Program-made: the position numbers and the translations under genes
Part shown: positions 50,053 to 59,712 of the stretch, piece by piece
Layout: each line of letters begins with the position of its first letter
How positions within the stretch are numbered: the first letter of the stretch is position 1
Notes under the pieces: model-generated
Database searches by the model: none
The model's input: only the letters and a program-made list of their open reading frames with translations
Told to the model about the DNA's origin: nothing
DNA from: Candidatus Melainabacteria bacterium 17Bon1m
GTDB taxonomy: Bacteria; Cyanobacteriota; Vampirovibrionia; Obscuribacterales; Obscuribacteraceae
Reading direction: 5' to 3'
NCBI GenBank assembly: GCA_032128875.1
Contig: JAVLKG010000002.1
Coordinates: 288,001 to 352,000 of the forward strand
DNA length: 64,000 nt

Positions 50053-50778
50053 CTAACGGCGATTGATAGCTTCGTATTGCTTGGAGATGATCTCCCGAAC
50101 GCCCTTCTCCGCAAGCGACATCAAGTCGGCGAGCTTTGTGGAATCGTACGGCTTGGTCTCCGCAGTCATCTGCAATTCGAGAATCTTTCCCGATTCAGTT
50201 AGCACGATGTTGCCATCCATCTCAGCTTGCGAATCTTCAGAATAGTTGGGGTCGAGCAGTAGCTGACCTTTGACCTGGCAAACGCTGACCGCAGCCAGAT
50301 GCTCGGTCAAGGGAAGCTCGTCCCACAGCCCTTCTTTGCGCAATTTCGTCAGGGCATCATGCAGAGCCAAAAAGCCTCCGCATATGCTGGCCACGCGGGT
50401 TCCGCCATCGGCTTGGAAGACGTCGCAGTCGATCGTGATCGTGCGTTCGCCCAGTGCGCGCCGGTCTACAACCGTTCTCAAACAACGTCCAATCAAACGT
50501 TGAATTTCATTGGTTCGGCCGGAAGGCTGTCCTCTGGTCACTTCCCGCGCAGATCGCACGAGCGTCGAACCCGGCAAAAGAGAGTATTCAGCCGTTATCC
50601 AGCCTTCGCCCTTGCCGATGAGGAAGGCGGGAACGCGCTCCTCAATCTTTGCAGTAGTAAAAACCTTGGTATCACCAAACTCCACCAGCACCGAACCATC
50701 GGCGTTTTTGGTGAAGTTACGGGTGAACTTTACTTGTCTGAGCTGATCCCATTGTCTATTGTCGCGCCGCCGGAACAT
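50053..50778 (-). CDS. rph: Ribonuclease PH
   Basis: GSVLVEFGDTKV, GWITAEYSLLP, GRTNEIQRLIGR, DCDVFQADGGTR. Confidence 0.95.
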   Translation of the reverse strand: MFRRRDNRQWDQLRQVKFTRNFTKNADGSVLVEFGDTKVFTTAKIEERVPAFLIGKGEGWITAEYSLLPGSTLVRSAREVTRGQPSGRTNEIQRLIGRCLRTVVDRRALGERTITIDCDVFQADGGTRVASICGGFLALHDALTKLRKEGLWDELPLTEHLAAVSVCQVKGQLLLDPNYSEDSQAEMDGNIVLTESGKILELQMTAETKPYDSTKLADLMSLAEKGVREIISKQYEAINRR

Positions 50779-50880
50779 TCATTGCTCGCTTTCTTATTAG
50801 TGATTCCGCATCTCAGCACTTTTGGCGCTGGGACATTTTTCCTGGCACGCGAGTCATTATCGGTTATTGGCAAGACGAAA

Positions 50881-51960
50881 TCAGGTTCGCAGACGGCTAA
50901 ATCTAAGTTGTCTGACTTCGGCTGTTCCTTTAAGAATGAACTGTTTGCCCGGAACGACTTTCAGGTCGGTAAAACTGAACTGTATGTCATCTGATCTTTT
51001 ACCCCAGTTCGACAGTCCGTTCACCTTATTGACGAGTAACTTGGCAATTTCGGGGCTCAAAGCTTGGCCATTCGTGCTCACTTCGGTGTCCTGCATCTCA
51101 ACCCAGCCGTCCTTGAGACCCAGTTTTGCCTTAATCGCGACCGGAATTGGTACGCCTACCTGACCAATACCGACTTTTGTAACCAGATTCATATTTACTG
51201 AATTGGCTTTAGCCAGTTTGATGTCGCCCTGGGTAAGGCTAAAACCTATATTTCCACCCATCTGACCCAGGAGATTGGCGAGCATGCCACCCGACTTAGT
51301 GGCTGAATAGGACAGCCTGTCCAGCGTACGCGGCGAATTGATGAAGCGGTTCAGACTATCCTGAGAGATGGTCGCTGTTACTTGCGCCTGTGCTGGAGTA
51401 GTAAAGCGGAGGATCTTGTGATTGAGCAGGATGCCGGTATCGAAATTCAGATCGCCTGCGGTCGACAAAACCAAATTGTCGATGGTGAAGTCCTGGAAGG
51501 TGCCGCCATTTACAGTAATGTCGAGTTGCTTGAGTACGCCTTCATTAAGATCCAGATTGCGAGCGGTTAGGTGTAACTGTTTTGCTGCGCCGTCGAAAAA
51601 CTGGCCGTCTTCCATGTCGATATCGAGCTTGCCGAAGCGACCTGAATTGATATCAACGAATGATATCGGTGGTGCCATGATCGGCCCCTGATTGTTCAGC
51701 GCCGGCTGCCCAAGTGCCTGGTTGCCGGTTGCTTTGCCGAAGGCATCTTTGATCGCCTGTGCCGGACTGATGCCTTGCTGGGGTTGTGATTGCTGCTGTT
51801 GAACTGAATTAGCGCCCGGAAATGCTTCACCGGCATTTTGAGCCCGAGCCGTATCTATATTGAATGCGAGGGTTGCAAACGCAGCTAATGCTAATGAGAC
51901 TGCCAGAGGTCTTTTGAATCTGTTCTGTCTCGAATTCCGCGAACCGTTGCTGGAGTGCAT
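50881..51960 (-). CDS. DUF2993/LmeA-like exported protein
   Basis: Signal-like segment, Gln-rich linker, long beta-rich body with ATISQDSLNRFINSP. Confidence 0.6.
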   Translation of the reverse strand: MHSSNGSRNSRQNRFKRPLAVSLALAAFATLAFNIDTARAQNAGEAFPGANSVQQQQSQPQQGISPAQAIKDAFGKATGNQALGQPALNNQGPIMAPPISFVDINSGRFGKLDIDMEDGQFFDGAAKQLHLTARNLDLNEGVLKQLDITVNGGTFQDFTIDNLVLSTAGDLNFDTGILLNHKILRFTTPAQAQVTATISQDSLNRFINSPRTLDRLSYSATKSGGMLANLLGQMGGNIGFSLTQGDIKLAKANSVNMNLVTKVGIGQVGVPIPVAIKAKLGLKDGWVEMQDTEVSTNGQALSPEIAKLLVNKVNGLSNWGKRSDDIQFSFTDLKVVPGKQFILKGTAEVRQLRFSRLRT

Positions 51961-52154
51961 TGTTTGTTTCCCTCAAATGTTTAGGCAACTGCGCAGTAAA
52001 TGATATCTGAACGCATATCAAAAGGCGCAAGTTTGAAATCTATAGTATGCGTCTGTGTATCTATGTATCTAATTGCGTATAAGGATGTTTTCGCAAACTC
52101 GCTCAAACGCGAACATAGACTGAAAAGACAATCGATTAAAAGTTTTGTTCCGCA

Positions 52155-52191
52155 AAAGTAAAGCCACCACGAGAACTAGTCTGGTGGTGGC
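52155..52191 (-). terminator. Terminator-like hairpin after the small lipoprotein gene
   Basis: gccaccac...gtggtggc stem; minus strand continues tttactttt. Confidence 0.6.
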
Positions 52192-52231
52192 AAATACATT
52201 TGTTACCGGTCAACCGGAGACGATTGCAAGA

Positions 52232-52471
52232 CTACGGGGTGGTTGTGCCTGTAGTGGTGCTATCAGTCGTTGTAGCGGTTGTGGTGGTGGTAGTGGTGGT
52301 GGCGGTGCTAGCTGCATCCGGGGTGGTGGTTGCAGTTGTGGTCGCATCCGGTGTCGTGGTCGAGGTCGTGGTGCTCGTCGTCGACGTACTATCGGTGGAA
52401 CCGCCGCAAGCTGACAGGGAAGCCACTAGTACCAAACTGGCTGCTGCCAAAGCGATATTTCTGTAAGTCAT
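52232..52471 (-). CDS. Small Thr-rich lipoprotein
   Basis: Lipobox LSAC; AAGGAG RBS upstream on the minus strand; mature part dominated by Thr with TTPDA repeats. Confidence 0.8.
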   Translation of the reverse strand: MTYRNIALAAASLVLVASLSACGGSTDSTSTTSTTTSTTTPDATTTATTTPDAASTATTTTTTTTATTTDSTTTGTTTP

Positions 52472-52808
52472 AAAACTGAATCGTCTCCTTTTAGCTGACT
52501 ACGTTATCTCGAGGACTCTTCAAAGGGGCAATAGTAATACATTTGCCAACCTGAAACGGCCGAATTCTAACAGGTAAATAGTAGCTGATCAAATTCAATT
52601 CGTGTGTTGTAAATTCGCTTGAAAACGCTAAATCATTTGCAGCACTGGCGTTTGCGCTGACTGCTCCGATGTCATTATTTGGAAAGAATTGTGTCGCTTG
52701 ACTTCAAACTTTATTGTCGCGAATAGATAAACTCGATGCCATTCTTTGACGCCAATTCACGTTGCCTTCCCTTGGTGCTTCTTTGATGCAATTTAACTGT
52801 TGACGTTT

Positions 52809-54374
52809 TTATTGCGTTATTAAAGAGTGCCCATTCATTTGTTCCGGCTTTTCAATGCCCATTAATTTCAATACAGTAGGCGCGACATCGGCAAGGGTTC
52901 CGTCTTCCAAATGCCATTTGTTATTTGCGGTTCCGTTCGACTTTCCGTTTTTGCCGGAAAAATCCGCCACCACAAATGGTACCGGATTGGTTGTGTGAGC
53001 CGTATGCGGCTCGCCGGTATTCAAGTCAATCATCTGCTCTACATTGCCGTGATCGGCCGTCACTAATAAGATGCCGCCGGCTTCTTGTGTCGCCTGAAGA
53101 AGCTCACCAAAAGCGCGGTCGACGGAGTCCACAGCTAATACACCAGCTTCCAAAATTCCGGTGTGCCCAACCATGTCCGGATTGGCAAAATTAAGGACAA
53201 TAAAAGGATACTCTCCACTTCTGATTGACTGGCATGCCAATTCGCAAACTTTCGGTGTTTGCATTTCCGGAGCACGATCGTAAGTCGCTACCTTGAGTGA
53301 AGGCACCAAAATCCTGCTCTCGCCTGGCTCTTCTCTCTCTCGTCCGCCATTGAAAAAATACGTGACGTGCGCATACTTTTCCGTCTCAGCAATGTGCAAC
53401 TGTTTCAAACTCTTGCACGAGAGAAGTTCTGGCAGTGTCATCGTGATATCAGATGCAGGCAGCGTTTCCGGCGAAAATGCGATGGGCAATTTCAATGAGG
53501 AATCATATTCAGTCATGCATGCGTAATAAATCTCAGGCACTACAGGACGCGGGAAATCATCGAAGTCTTTCTGCGTCATCACTCTGCTTATCTGACGCAC
53601 TCTGTCCGGGCGGAAGTTGAAGCAAATCATCGCGTCGCCGCTTTTCACTGGGCGCGGCGTAATTATTGTTGCGTCAACAAATTCGTCGCCTTTGTCTTTT
53701 TCGTATGAATTGCGCACGGCGTCTTGTGCGCTGGCTGCAGTCAGTCCTTCACCTAAGACAATTGCTCGCCAGAATTTTTCCACGCGATCCCAGCGTTTGT
53801 CCCGGTCCATCGCATAATATCTGCCGCAAACCACGCCGATTTTACCCACCCCGTGCAATTTTTCTTCAAGCTCGCGCATGAAGCGCAATGCTGATCTGGG
53901 AGGCGTGTCTCTGCCGTCCAGGATTGGATGCACGATCAATTCTTTTACGTTGCGGCGCTTGGCCAATTCGATCAGACCATCCAGATGATCTGGGCTGGAA
54001 TGAACGCATCCGTCGGATACAAGCCCGAAAACATGCAGAGCGCCGTTATGCTCCTGCGCGTATTCAATCGCATTGGTAAAGACTGGGTTGCTGAAGAATG
54101 AACCATCTTGAATTGTGCGGCTGATGATGGTCAGTTTTTGTGTTACCGACCTGCCCGAGCCGATTGTCAAATGTCCGACTTCGGAATTGCCCATCAGACC
54201 TTTCGGCAAACCTACAGCTTCGCCTGATGCATCCAGCCTGCTGTTGGGAAATTCAGTGAGCAATCGCGCGTAATTTGGCGTTTTTGCAAGCTTTACCGAA
54301 TTGCCTTTCGTTTCCGGCGAAATTCCCCAACCGTCCAAAACTAAAAGAGTTACAGGTCCCAACTTTCGCCTCAC
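52809..54374 (-). CDS. gpmI: 2,3-bisphosphoglycerate-independent phosphoglycerate mutase
   Basis: LDGWG, MGNSEVGH, DGRDT, GRYYAMDRD, AETEKYAHVT, ANPDMVGHTG, TADHGN. Confidence 0.97.
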   Translation of the reverse strand: MRRKLGPVTLLVLDGWGISPETKGNSVKLAKTPNYARLLTEFPNSRLDASGEAVGLPKGLMGNSEVGHLTIGSGRSVTQKLTIISRTIQDGSFFSNPVFTNAIEYAQEHNGALHVFGLVSDGCVHSSPDHLDGLIELAKRRNVKELIVHPILDGRDTPPRSALRFMRELEEKLHGVGKIGVVCGRYYAMDRDKRWDRVEKFWRAIVLGEGLTAASAQDAVRNSYEKDKGDEFVDATIITPRPVKSGDAMICFNFRPDRVRQISRVMTQKDFDDFPRPVVPEIYYACMTEYDSSLKLPIAFSPETLPASDITMTLPELLSCKSLKQLHIAETEKYAHVTYFFNGGREREEPGESRILVPSLKVATYDRAPEMQTPKVCELACQSIRSGEYPFIVLNFANPDMVGHTGILEAGVLAVDSVDRAFGELLQATQEAGGILLVTADHGNVEQMIDLNTGEPHTAHTTNPVPFVVADFSGKNGKSNGTANNKWHLEDGTLADVAPTVLKLMGIEKPEQMNGHSLITQ

Positions 54375-54596
54375 TTATTGACGAGTGCAAAGAAAAATAG
54401 CGGCATTAAGCCAATTTGGTCTTGCGCGAAGGCAAAGCCAGGCGCAGCGCTTCCGCCTAATCGTACTGCACGGACCGGCGTAAAAGTGTTATCGATAAAA
54501 TATATATGGACTCGCGGATAAGATTTATTTGTGTTTTCTGTGTATCTTTGGAAGCTGTTTGGAAGTCACAACAACTTTTGAAAAACACATAGAGCT

Positions 54597-55340
54597 ATGT
54601 CTGACGTAGCCAGTCAAGACAATACAAAATCCGGTTCTGCGACTTCTGCGTCCAACGCGGCAAACACGTCTCAGTGGATAGCGGAAGTAAGCCACGAACT
54701 GCGTTTGCCAATTGCTAACGTGAGTTTGCTGGTGGAAACGCTCCTGGACGGCGGGCTGGAAGATCCTCAAGTAGCGCGACGCATGCTTGAACGCGCCAAG
54801 CAGGAATGTGACAGGCTGCAGAGCCTCGTCAACGATTTATTGTCTGTGGAAAAGCTCTCAGAGAGCCGCGAACAGATCGCCAGAGAATGGGTAGATCTGG
54901 CAAATCGTGCGCAGTACGCGCTCGAGTCCACGCAGAAATTGGCAAAAGCCGGAGCTGTCAAAGTCAACATCAAAATCGCGCCTGGCTTTCGCGTATATGC
55001 AAATGCCCCCCAGGTCGATCAGGTTTTGCTCAATCTCTTGGAAAATGCGATTAAATTCACGCCTGAAGGCGGAGTCGTCACAATCAAATCAGGCGGCCCG
55101 GGCTGTTTTTCCGTCAGCGATACCGGCATCGGTATGCCTGAGGCGGAAATTCCCAAGATTTTTGCCCGCTTTTACAGAATCGACCGTTCTCGCGGTAAAG
55201 GTTCGACCGGTCTAGGCTTGTCTATCGTTAAGCATATTGTTGATTTACACGATGCTAAGATAAATGTTCAATCTAAAGAGGGGGAGGGCTCCACATTTTC
55301 CCTGGAGTTCCCCGGTCCACGCTTGGGCGGCGGAGGCTAG
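54597..55340 (+). CDS. Sensor-less HisKA/HATPase histidine kinase (PhoR/SphS-like)
   Basis: SHELRLP, NLLENAIKFT, DTGIG, FYRIDRSR, TGLGLSIVKH; upstream of an RR and phoU. Confidence 0.85.
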   Translation: MSDVASQDNTKSGSATSASNAANTSQWIAEVSHELRLPIANVSLLVETLLDGGLEDPQVARRMLERAKQECDRLQSLVNDLLSVEKLSESREQIAREWVDLANRAQYALESTQKLAKAGAVKVNIKIAPGFRVYANAPQVDQVLLNLLENAIKFTPEGGVVTIKSGGPGCFSVSDTGIGMPEAEIPKIFARFYRIDRSRGKGSTGLGLSIVKHIVDLHDAKINVQSKEGEGSTFSLEFPGPRLGGGG

Positions 55341-55349
55341 GAAAAACAA

Positions 55350-56057
55350 ATGAGCAAAGCGCCCTTAAAAGTTATGTTGATTGATGATGACGAGACAATT
55401 CTCGACACTCTTCAATTTAATTTGAAGCGCCATGGTTTTGAAACCTACGCTTTCAAAAACGGCAAGCACGCGTTGGCTGAGTTTGACGAAAGAAATCCTT
55501 CGCTTGTAATCATCGATTGGATGCTTCCGGACCTGGTCGGACCAGAAATTTGCAAGCTGATTCGTGCGCGCACAACAGATGTTCCAATCTTGATGCTCAC
55601 CGGGCGCGCTCGTCCAGATGATGTTGCAGAAGGATTGTCCAGTGGTGCCGACGATTATCTGTCGAAGCCTTTCAGCGTTGTAGAGCTGATGGCGCGCATT
55701 CAGGCATTGCTGAGACGCAGCTTGAAAGATACGGCCGCCGGCAAAGGTTCTGGCAAAATAACGGTTGGTGAGTTGGTTCTCGATGATGACGCCAAATTGG
55801 TCACGCATAAAGGGAAAGCCGTTGACCTCTCGCCGAAAGAATTTTCGCTGCTCAAAGTATTGATGAAAAATGTTGGCAAAACTCTATCGACGGAGACTTT
55901 GCTCAATAAAGTTTGGGGCGCGGACTTCCAGGGCGACACAAAAACTGTCGCGGTGCATGTTCGCTGGCTCCGGCAAAAGCTTGAAGGAGACCCTAAAAAT
56001 CCAACTATATTGGAAACGGTTCATCGCTCTGGTTATCGTTTGAATGAAACCGGATAA
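55350..56057 (+). CDS. OmpR/PhoB-family response regulator (PhoB/SphR-like)
   Basis: IIDWMLP, GADDYLSKPF, LSPKEF, TVAVHVRWLRQKLE. Confidence 0.9.
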   Translation: MSKAPLKVMLIDDDETILDTLQFNLKRHGFETYAFKNGKHALAEFDERNPSLVIIDWMLPDLVGPEICKLIRARTTDVPILMLTGRARPDDVAEGLSSGADDYLSKPFSVVELMARIQALLRRSLKDTAAGKGSGKITVGELVLDDDAKLVTHKGKAVDLSPKEFSLLKVLMKNVGKTLSTETLLNKVWGADFQGDTKTVAVHVRWLRQKLEGDPKNPTILETVHRSGYRLNETG

Positions 56058-56135
56058 GGCACCGTAGGCGGTGCGCCAGGTATGGAGTTGTGAACGTAAT
56101 AGTCGAAGTTGTTCTGATTTTAGAGGAAAGAAAGA

Positions 56136-56801
56136 GTGACAGCCGAATCGATAACCTTACTGAAGGAAGACGTGCTATCTCTGGGACGAATGGTTGATAA
56201 CACCGTGGATATGGTGACCAATCTTCTCAAAAAAGATGATTCAGCTCGGCTTGAAGACGTCGAGAATCAGGAGAAGCAGATCAATGAGTGGTCGCAAGAG
56301 ATTGAAGAGAAGTGCCTTGAACTTCTTATCGAGAAGGATAATCTCAGCGCCAAAGATGTGCGAACCTTGGTAAGCTGCACGCTTATTGTGTCCAAGCTAG
56401 AGCGTCTGGGCGACCATGCCAATCGAGTTGCGCGTATAGCTTCGTGGGCGAGAGAAGAAGAAATCGAAGTTCCTGACGAGCTGCCGCAAATGAGCGCAGT
56501 TGTGCATCATATGATGCAAGACGCATTGCTCACATTTGTCACCAACGATTTGAACAAAGTCACAGAAGTACTTCAGCAAGACAGCCAGGTCAACTACCTT
56601 CACGATGTGATGTCGAAGCGTTTGCTGTCCAAGTTGGGAGAGCAAGAGCAAGCCAGTGCTCATATGGGCGCACAGTTTTTATTCTGTGCTCGATTCATTG
56701 AACGGATGGGCGATCTCTGCACTTCCGTAGCAAAGCGCGTACACTTTATAAATACGGGCAAGCGTCTTTCGTCGCGCAGTCCGGCTCCGGACAGAGGGTA
56801 G
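56136..56801 (+). CDS. phoU: Phosphate signalling protein PhoU
   Basis: Duplicated LERLGDHA / IERMGDLC motifs, DVR, D.QVN. Confidence 0.85.
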   Translation: MTAESITLLKEDVLSLGRMVDNTVDMVTNLLKKDDSARLEDVENQEKQINEWSQEIEEKCLELLIEKDNLSAKDVRTLVSCTLIVSKLERLGDHANRVARIASWAREEEIEVPDELPQMSAVVHHMMQDALLTFVTNDLNKVTEVLQQDSQVNYLHDVMSKRLLSKLGEQEQASAHMGAQFLFCARFIERMGDLCTSVAKRVHFINTGKRLSSRSPAPDRG

Positions 56802-56805
56802 AGAC

Positions 56806-57861
56806 GTGCCTGTAATTGTTGTCGCCGGCGAAGAAGAATTTGAAGTATCGAGGAAGGTCGCGGACTATAAAGCGAAATTGCTCGATCCACAGTGGGCTCA
56901 ATTCAATTTTTCTCGGCTGGAAAATTGCGATTTGACTGAAATTATCGATGCCGCTGCCACATTGCCTTTCGGCATGGGCAACAAAGTTATTCTCATCGAC
57001 AGGTGTGAGCTGTTTACCAAAAAACGCGGTAAAGATAAGGACAGCAAGAAGGAAGAAGCGTCTGCTTCCAGCAAAGACAAACAGCTAGAGCAACTTACCG
57101 CCGCTTTGAAAAATGTCGCTGCCAATACCTATATAATATTTTCTTGCCCTTATAATTTCGACTCCACACTGAAGACCTCCAAGGCTGTAAAGCCCGTCTG
57201 CACGCTGGAAGAATATCCTAAAGAGAAGTATTACACCGGCTCTGAAAACCCTAAGCTGAGCACCTGGTGCAATAAGGAAGCTAAGCGGTTCGGCGCCACC
57301 ATAGACGATGCTGCAATTTATTATCTGCTGGACAGTTTTGAAGCAGATCTGAGAAGCGTTTCTGCCGAAATTCAAAAAGCGGCGGTAAGCATATTGCCCG
57401 CAACGCACATAACTCAGGCTACAGTTGTTTCTCTCAGCCCCCACCATTCGCACGTTTTCACTCTTGCAGAAGAATGGATAAGTGGAAAAACAGGACAAGC
57501 GCTCGTCAGCTGTCAGGAAATCTTGTCTCGCCAGAGCGGCATGCCTGTGATTGCGCTTTTGCAGACATTCCTCAGTAAGTGGATTCACATGCGGGCGCTG
57601 GTTGACAGTATCAATTCGTCCTTGCCAGGTGGACCCGGTCTTAACCGGCGCGAGTTGCCGATGTCCGACATGGCAAAGAGAATTGCCACTGAATTAGGAC
57701 AACGCTCGACATTTATTGTCGAGCGCGATTTGCGCAACATCGCCAAACATTCTCTCGATTCGCTGGTTGCGAAGCGCGAGCGTTTGACGCAAATCGAATA
57801 TCTTGTGAAAACCGGTCAAATGCCGGAATCACAAGCACTAGAATCTTTCATTGCCAGTTAA
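56806..57861 (+). CDS. holA: DNA polymerase III delta subunit
   Basis: GEEEF, QFNFSRL, TLPFGMG..VILI, DL..EIQK pattern. Confidence 0.82.
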   Translation: MPVIVVAGEEEFEVSRKVADYKAKLLDPQWAQFNFSRLENCDLTEIIDAAATLPFGMGNKVILIDRCELFTKKRGKDKDSKKEEASASSKDKQLEQLTAALKNVAANTYIIFSCPYNFDSTLKTSKAVKPVCTLEEYPKEKYYTGSENPKLSTWCNKEAKRFGATIDDAAIYYLLDSFEADLRSVSAEIQKAAVSILPATHITQATVVSLSPHHSHVFTLAEEWISGKTGQALVSCQEILSRQSGMPVIALLQTFLSKWIHMRALVDSINSSLPGGPGLNRRELPMSDMAKRIATELGQRSTFIVERDLRNIAKHSLDSLVAKRERLTQIEYLVKTGQMPESQALESFIAS

Positions 57862-57935
57862 AACAGTAGCAACTGACGATTGTCATCGAAAGTTCATCAA
57901 TAGAAACTCGAAACACAAGGGAGCCGAAAAAAAGC

Positions 57936-58649
57936 ATGCATGGCGAAAGATATGACGTCGATGAAATGACCTCCCGCGACATGTGGCGGATTTTTCGCAT
58001 CATGTCCGAATTGGTGGAAGGCTTTGATGAATTGTCTAAGATACCGCCGGCGGTGTCCATTTTCGGAAGTAAAAACAGCAAGCCAGGCGACAAAGAGTAT
58101 GAATTGTGTCGAACAATCGCGCAAAAGCTTGCCGAAAGAAACTTTGCCGTAATTACTGGCGGCGGACCGGGCATCATGGAAGCCGGTAATAAAGGCGCTT
58201 TTGAAGCGGGTGGCGTCTCCGTAGGTCTGGGTATCGATATTCCTGGTGAAGGGAAAGACAATCGGTTTCAGACCGTGCCTCTCAACTTTCACTACTTTTT
58301 TGTTCGCAAGGTGATGTTTGTCAAATACGCCGTCGCCTTCATCATGATGCCGGGTGGGCTTGGTTCTCTCGACGAACTCTTTGAAGCCGCCACATTGATG
58401 CAGACAGGAAAAATCAAACGATTTCCTCTCTACCTTGTCGGTAGTGACTTCTGGAAGCCCATGATGGATTGGCTTAGCGGCCCGGTGCTTGCCAAAGGTT
58501 TTGTCAAACAACAAGATCTTGAATTGATGACAATCATTGATGATGTCGATGAATTGATAGAGGCTATTTCGTACTGCAGAATTGATTTAGAACCGGGTGT
58601 GAAAGCTATGCCGGTAAATCCTCCGGCGCCGCCTCAAAAATCGCTTTAG
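57936..58649 (+). CDS. LOG family (Rossmann fold) nucleotide phosphoribohydrolase
   Basis: TGGGPGIMEAGNKGA, FHYFFVRKVMF, PGGLGSLDELFE. Confidence 0.92.
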   Translation: MHGERYDVDEMTSRDMWRIFRIMSELVEGFDELSKIPPAVSIFGSKNSKPGDKEYELCRTIAQKLAERNFAVITGGGPGIMEAGNKGAFEAGGVSVGLGIDIPGEGKDNRFQTVPLNFHYFFVRKVMFVKYAVAFIMMPGGLGSLDELFEAATLMQTGKIKRFPLYLVGSDFWKPMMDWLSGPVLAKGFVKQQDLELMTIIDDVDELIEAISYCRIDLEPGVKAMPVNPPAPPQKSL

Positions 58650-58855
58650 CGCGCATTTATTAAAACCATCTCTATAAAGCTTGCACTTTGCTACTCGCCT
58701 AATTAAGGAATGTGGTAAAAGTTGGTGCCTTTAAGGATCTTCCAAATATAATCCGCTATTGAGCCACTTTTCAGAGGCCCGCACTTCCGGCAACGGAAAA
58801 CGAAAAAGTTTGCGCCTCTGATTGAAGTGTCTGAGTAAAGTTGGGAGGAAGGTCC

Positions 58856-59638
58856 TTGAAGATTGCTGTTTGCGTAAAAGCGGTTCCTGATACGGATGCC
58901 AAGATCGCCATAGCCGGCGATAAGAAGAACATCGATTTCGCTGGTGTTCGCATCATCACAAGCCCGTACGATGAGTTTGCTATTGAAGAAGCACTCAAGT
59001 TGAAAGAGAAGCATGGTGGCGAAACGACAGTTTTCTCTGTCGGTGGAGCTGAAGCTACAGATGTTTTGCGCGATAGCTTGGCACGCGGTATCGATACTGC
59101 GGTACATATCCAAGATGAAGAATTCGCCAATCTCGGACCGCTCGGCACTGCTAAGGTTTTGGCAGCAGCCATCAAAGACGGTGGATTTGACGCCATCTTC
59201 TGCGGTCAGCAAGGCGTAGGCGGTGACAATAACCAGGTCCCCGCAATGCTTGCAGAGTTGCTCAATTTGCCGCAGGCAACAATCATCGTCAAATTGGAAA
59301 TTGACGGCAACAAATTCAAAGCTGAAAGAGAAATCGAAGGCGCTCACGAATTCGTCGAAGGAAGCCTGCCGGCTGTATTCAGCACACAGAAAGGTTTGAA
59401 TGAGCCTCGTTACCCCTCAATCAAAGGTGTGATGGCTGCCCGCCGTAAAGAAATCGCAGTGAAAAACGCAGAAGCCCTCGGCATCAAAGGCAAGTTCGCT
59501 GCCGAAAATCGCAAGATCAAAGTCAAAGAGATGATGCTGCCGAAAGAAAGACCGGTTGGCCGCAAGCTAGATGGCGATGTAGATGCGCAGGTCAAACAAC
59601 TGCTCGATCTTTTGAGAACAGAAGCGCGAGTTATCTAG
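58856..59638 (+). CDS. etfB: Electron transfer flavoprotein beta subunit
   Basis: IAVCVKAVPD, PYDEFAIEEAL, REIEG, LNEPRYPS; TTG start after GGAGG. Confidence 0.95.
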   Translation: MKIAVCVKAVPDTDAKIAIAGDKKNIDFAGVRIITSPYDEFAIEEALKLKEKHGGETTVFSVGGAEATDVLRDSLARGIDTAVHIQDEEFANLGPLGTAKVLAAAIKDGGFDAIFCGQQGVGGDNNQVPAMLAELLNLPQATIIVKLEIDGNKFKAEREIEGAHEFVEGSLPAVFSTQKGLNEPRYPSIKGVMAARRKEIAVKNAEALGIKGKFAAENRKIKVKEMMLPKERPVGRKLDGDVDAQVKQLLDLLRTEARVI

Positions 59639-59712
59639 CGCAATTTGGGTGACTGTAATGGTCACTTCACAACGGGTTTTCTTACAGAAAAGTTTTTTCA
59701 GGAGAAAGAGAG

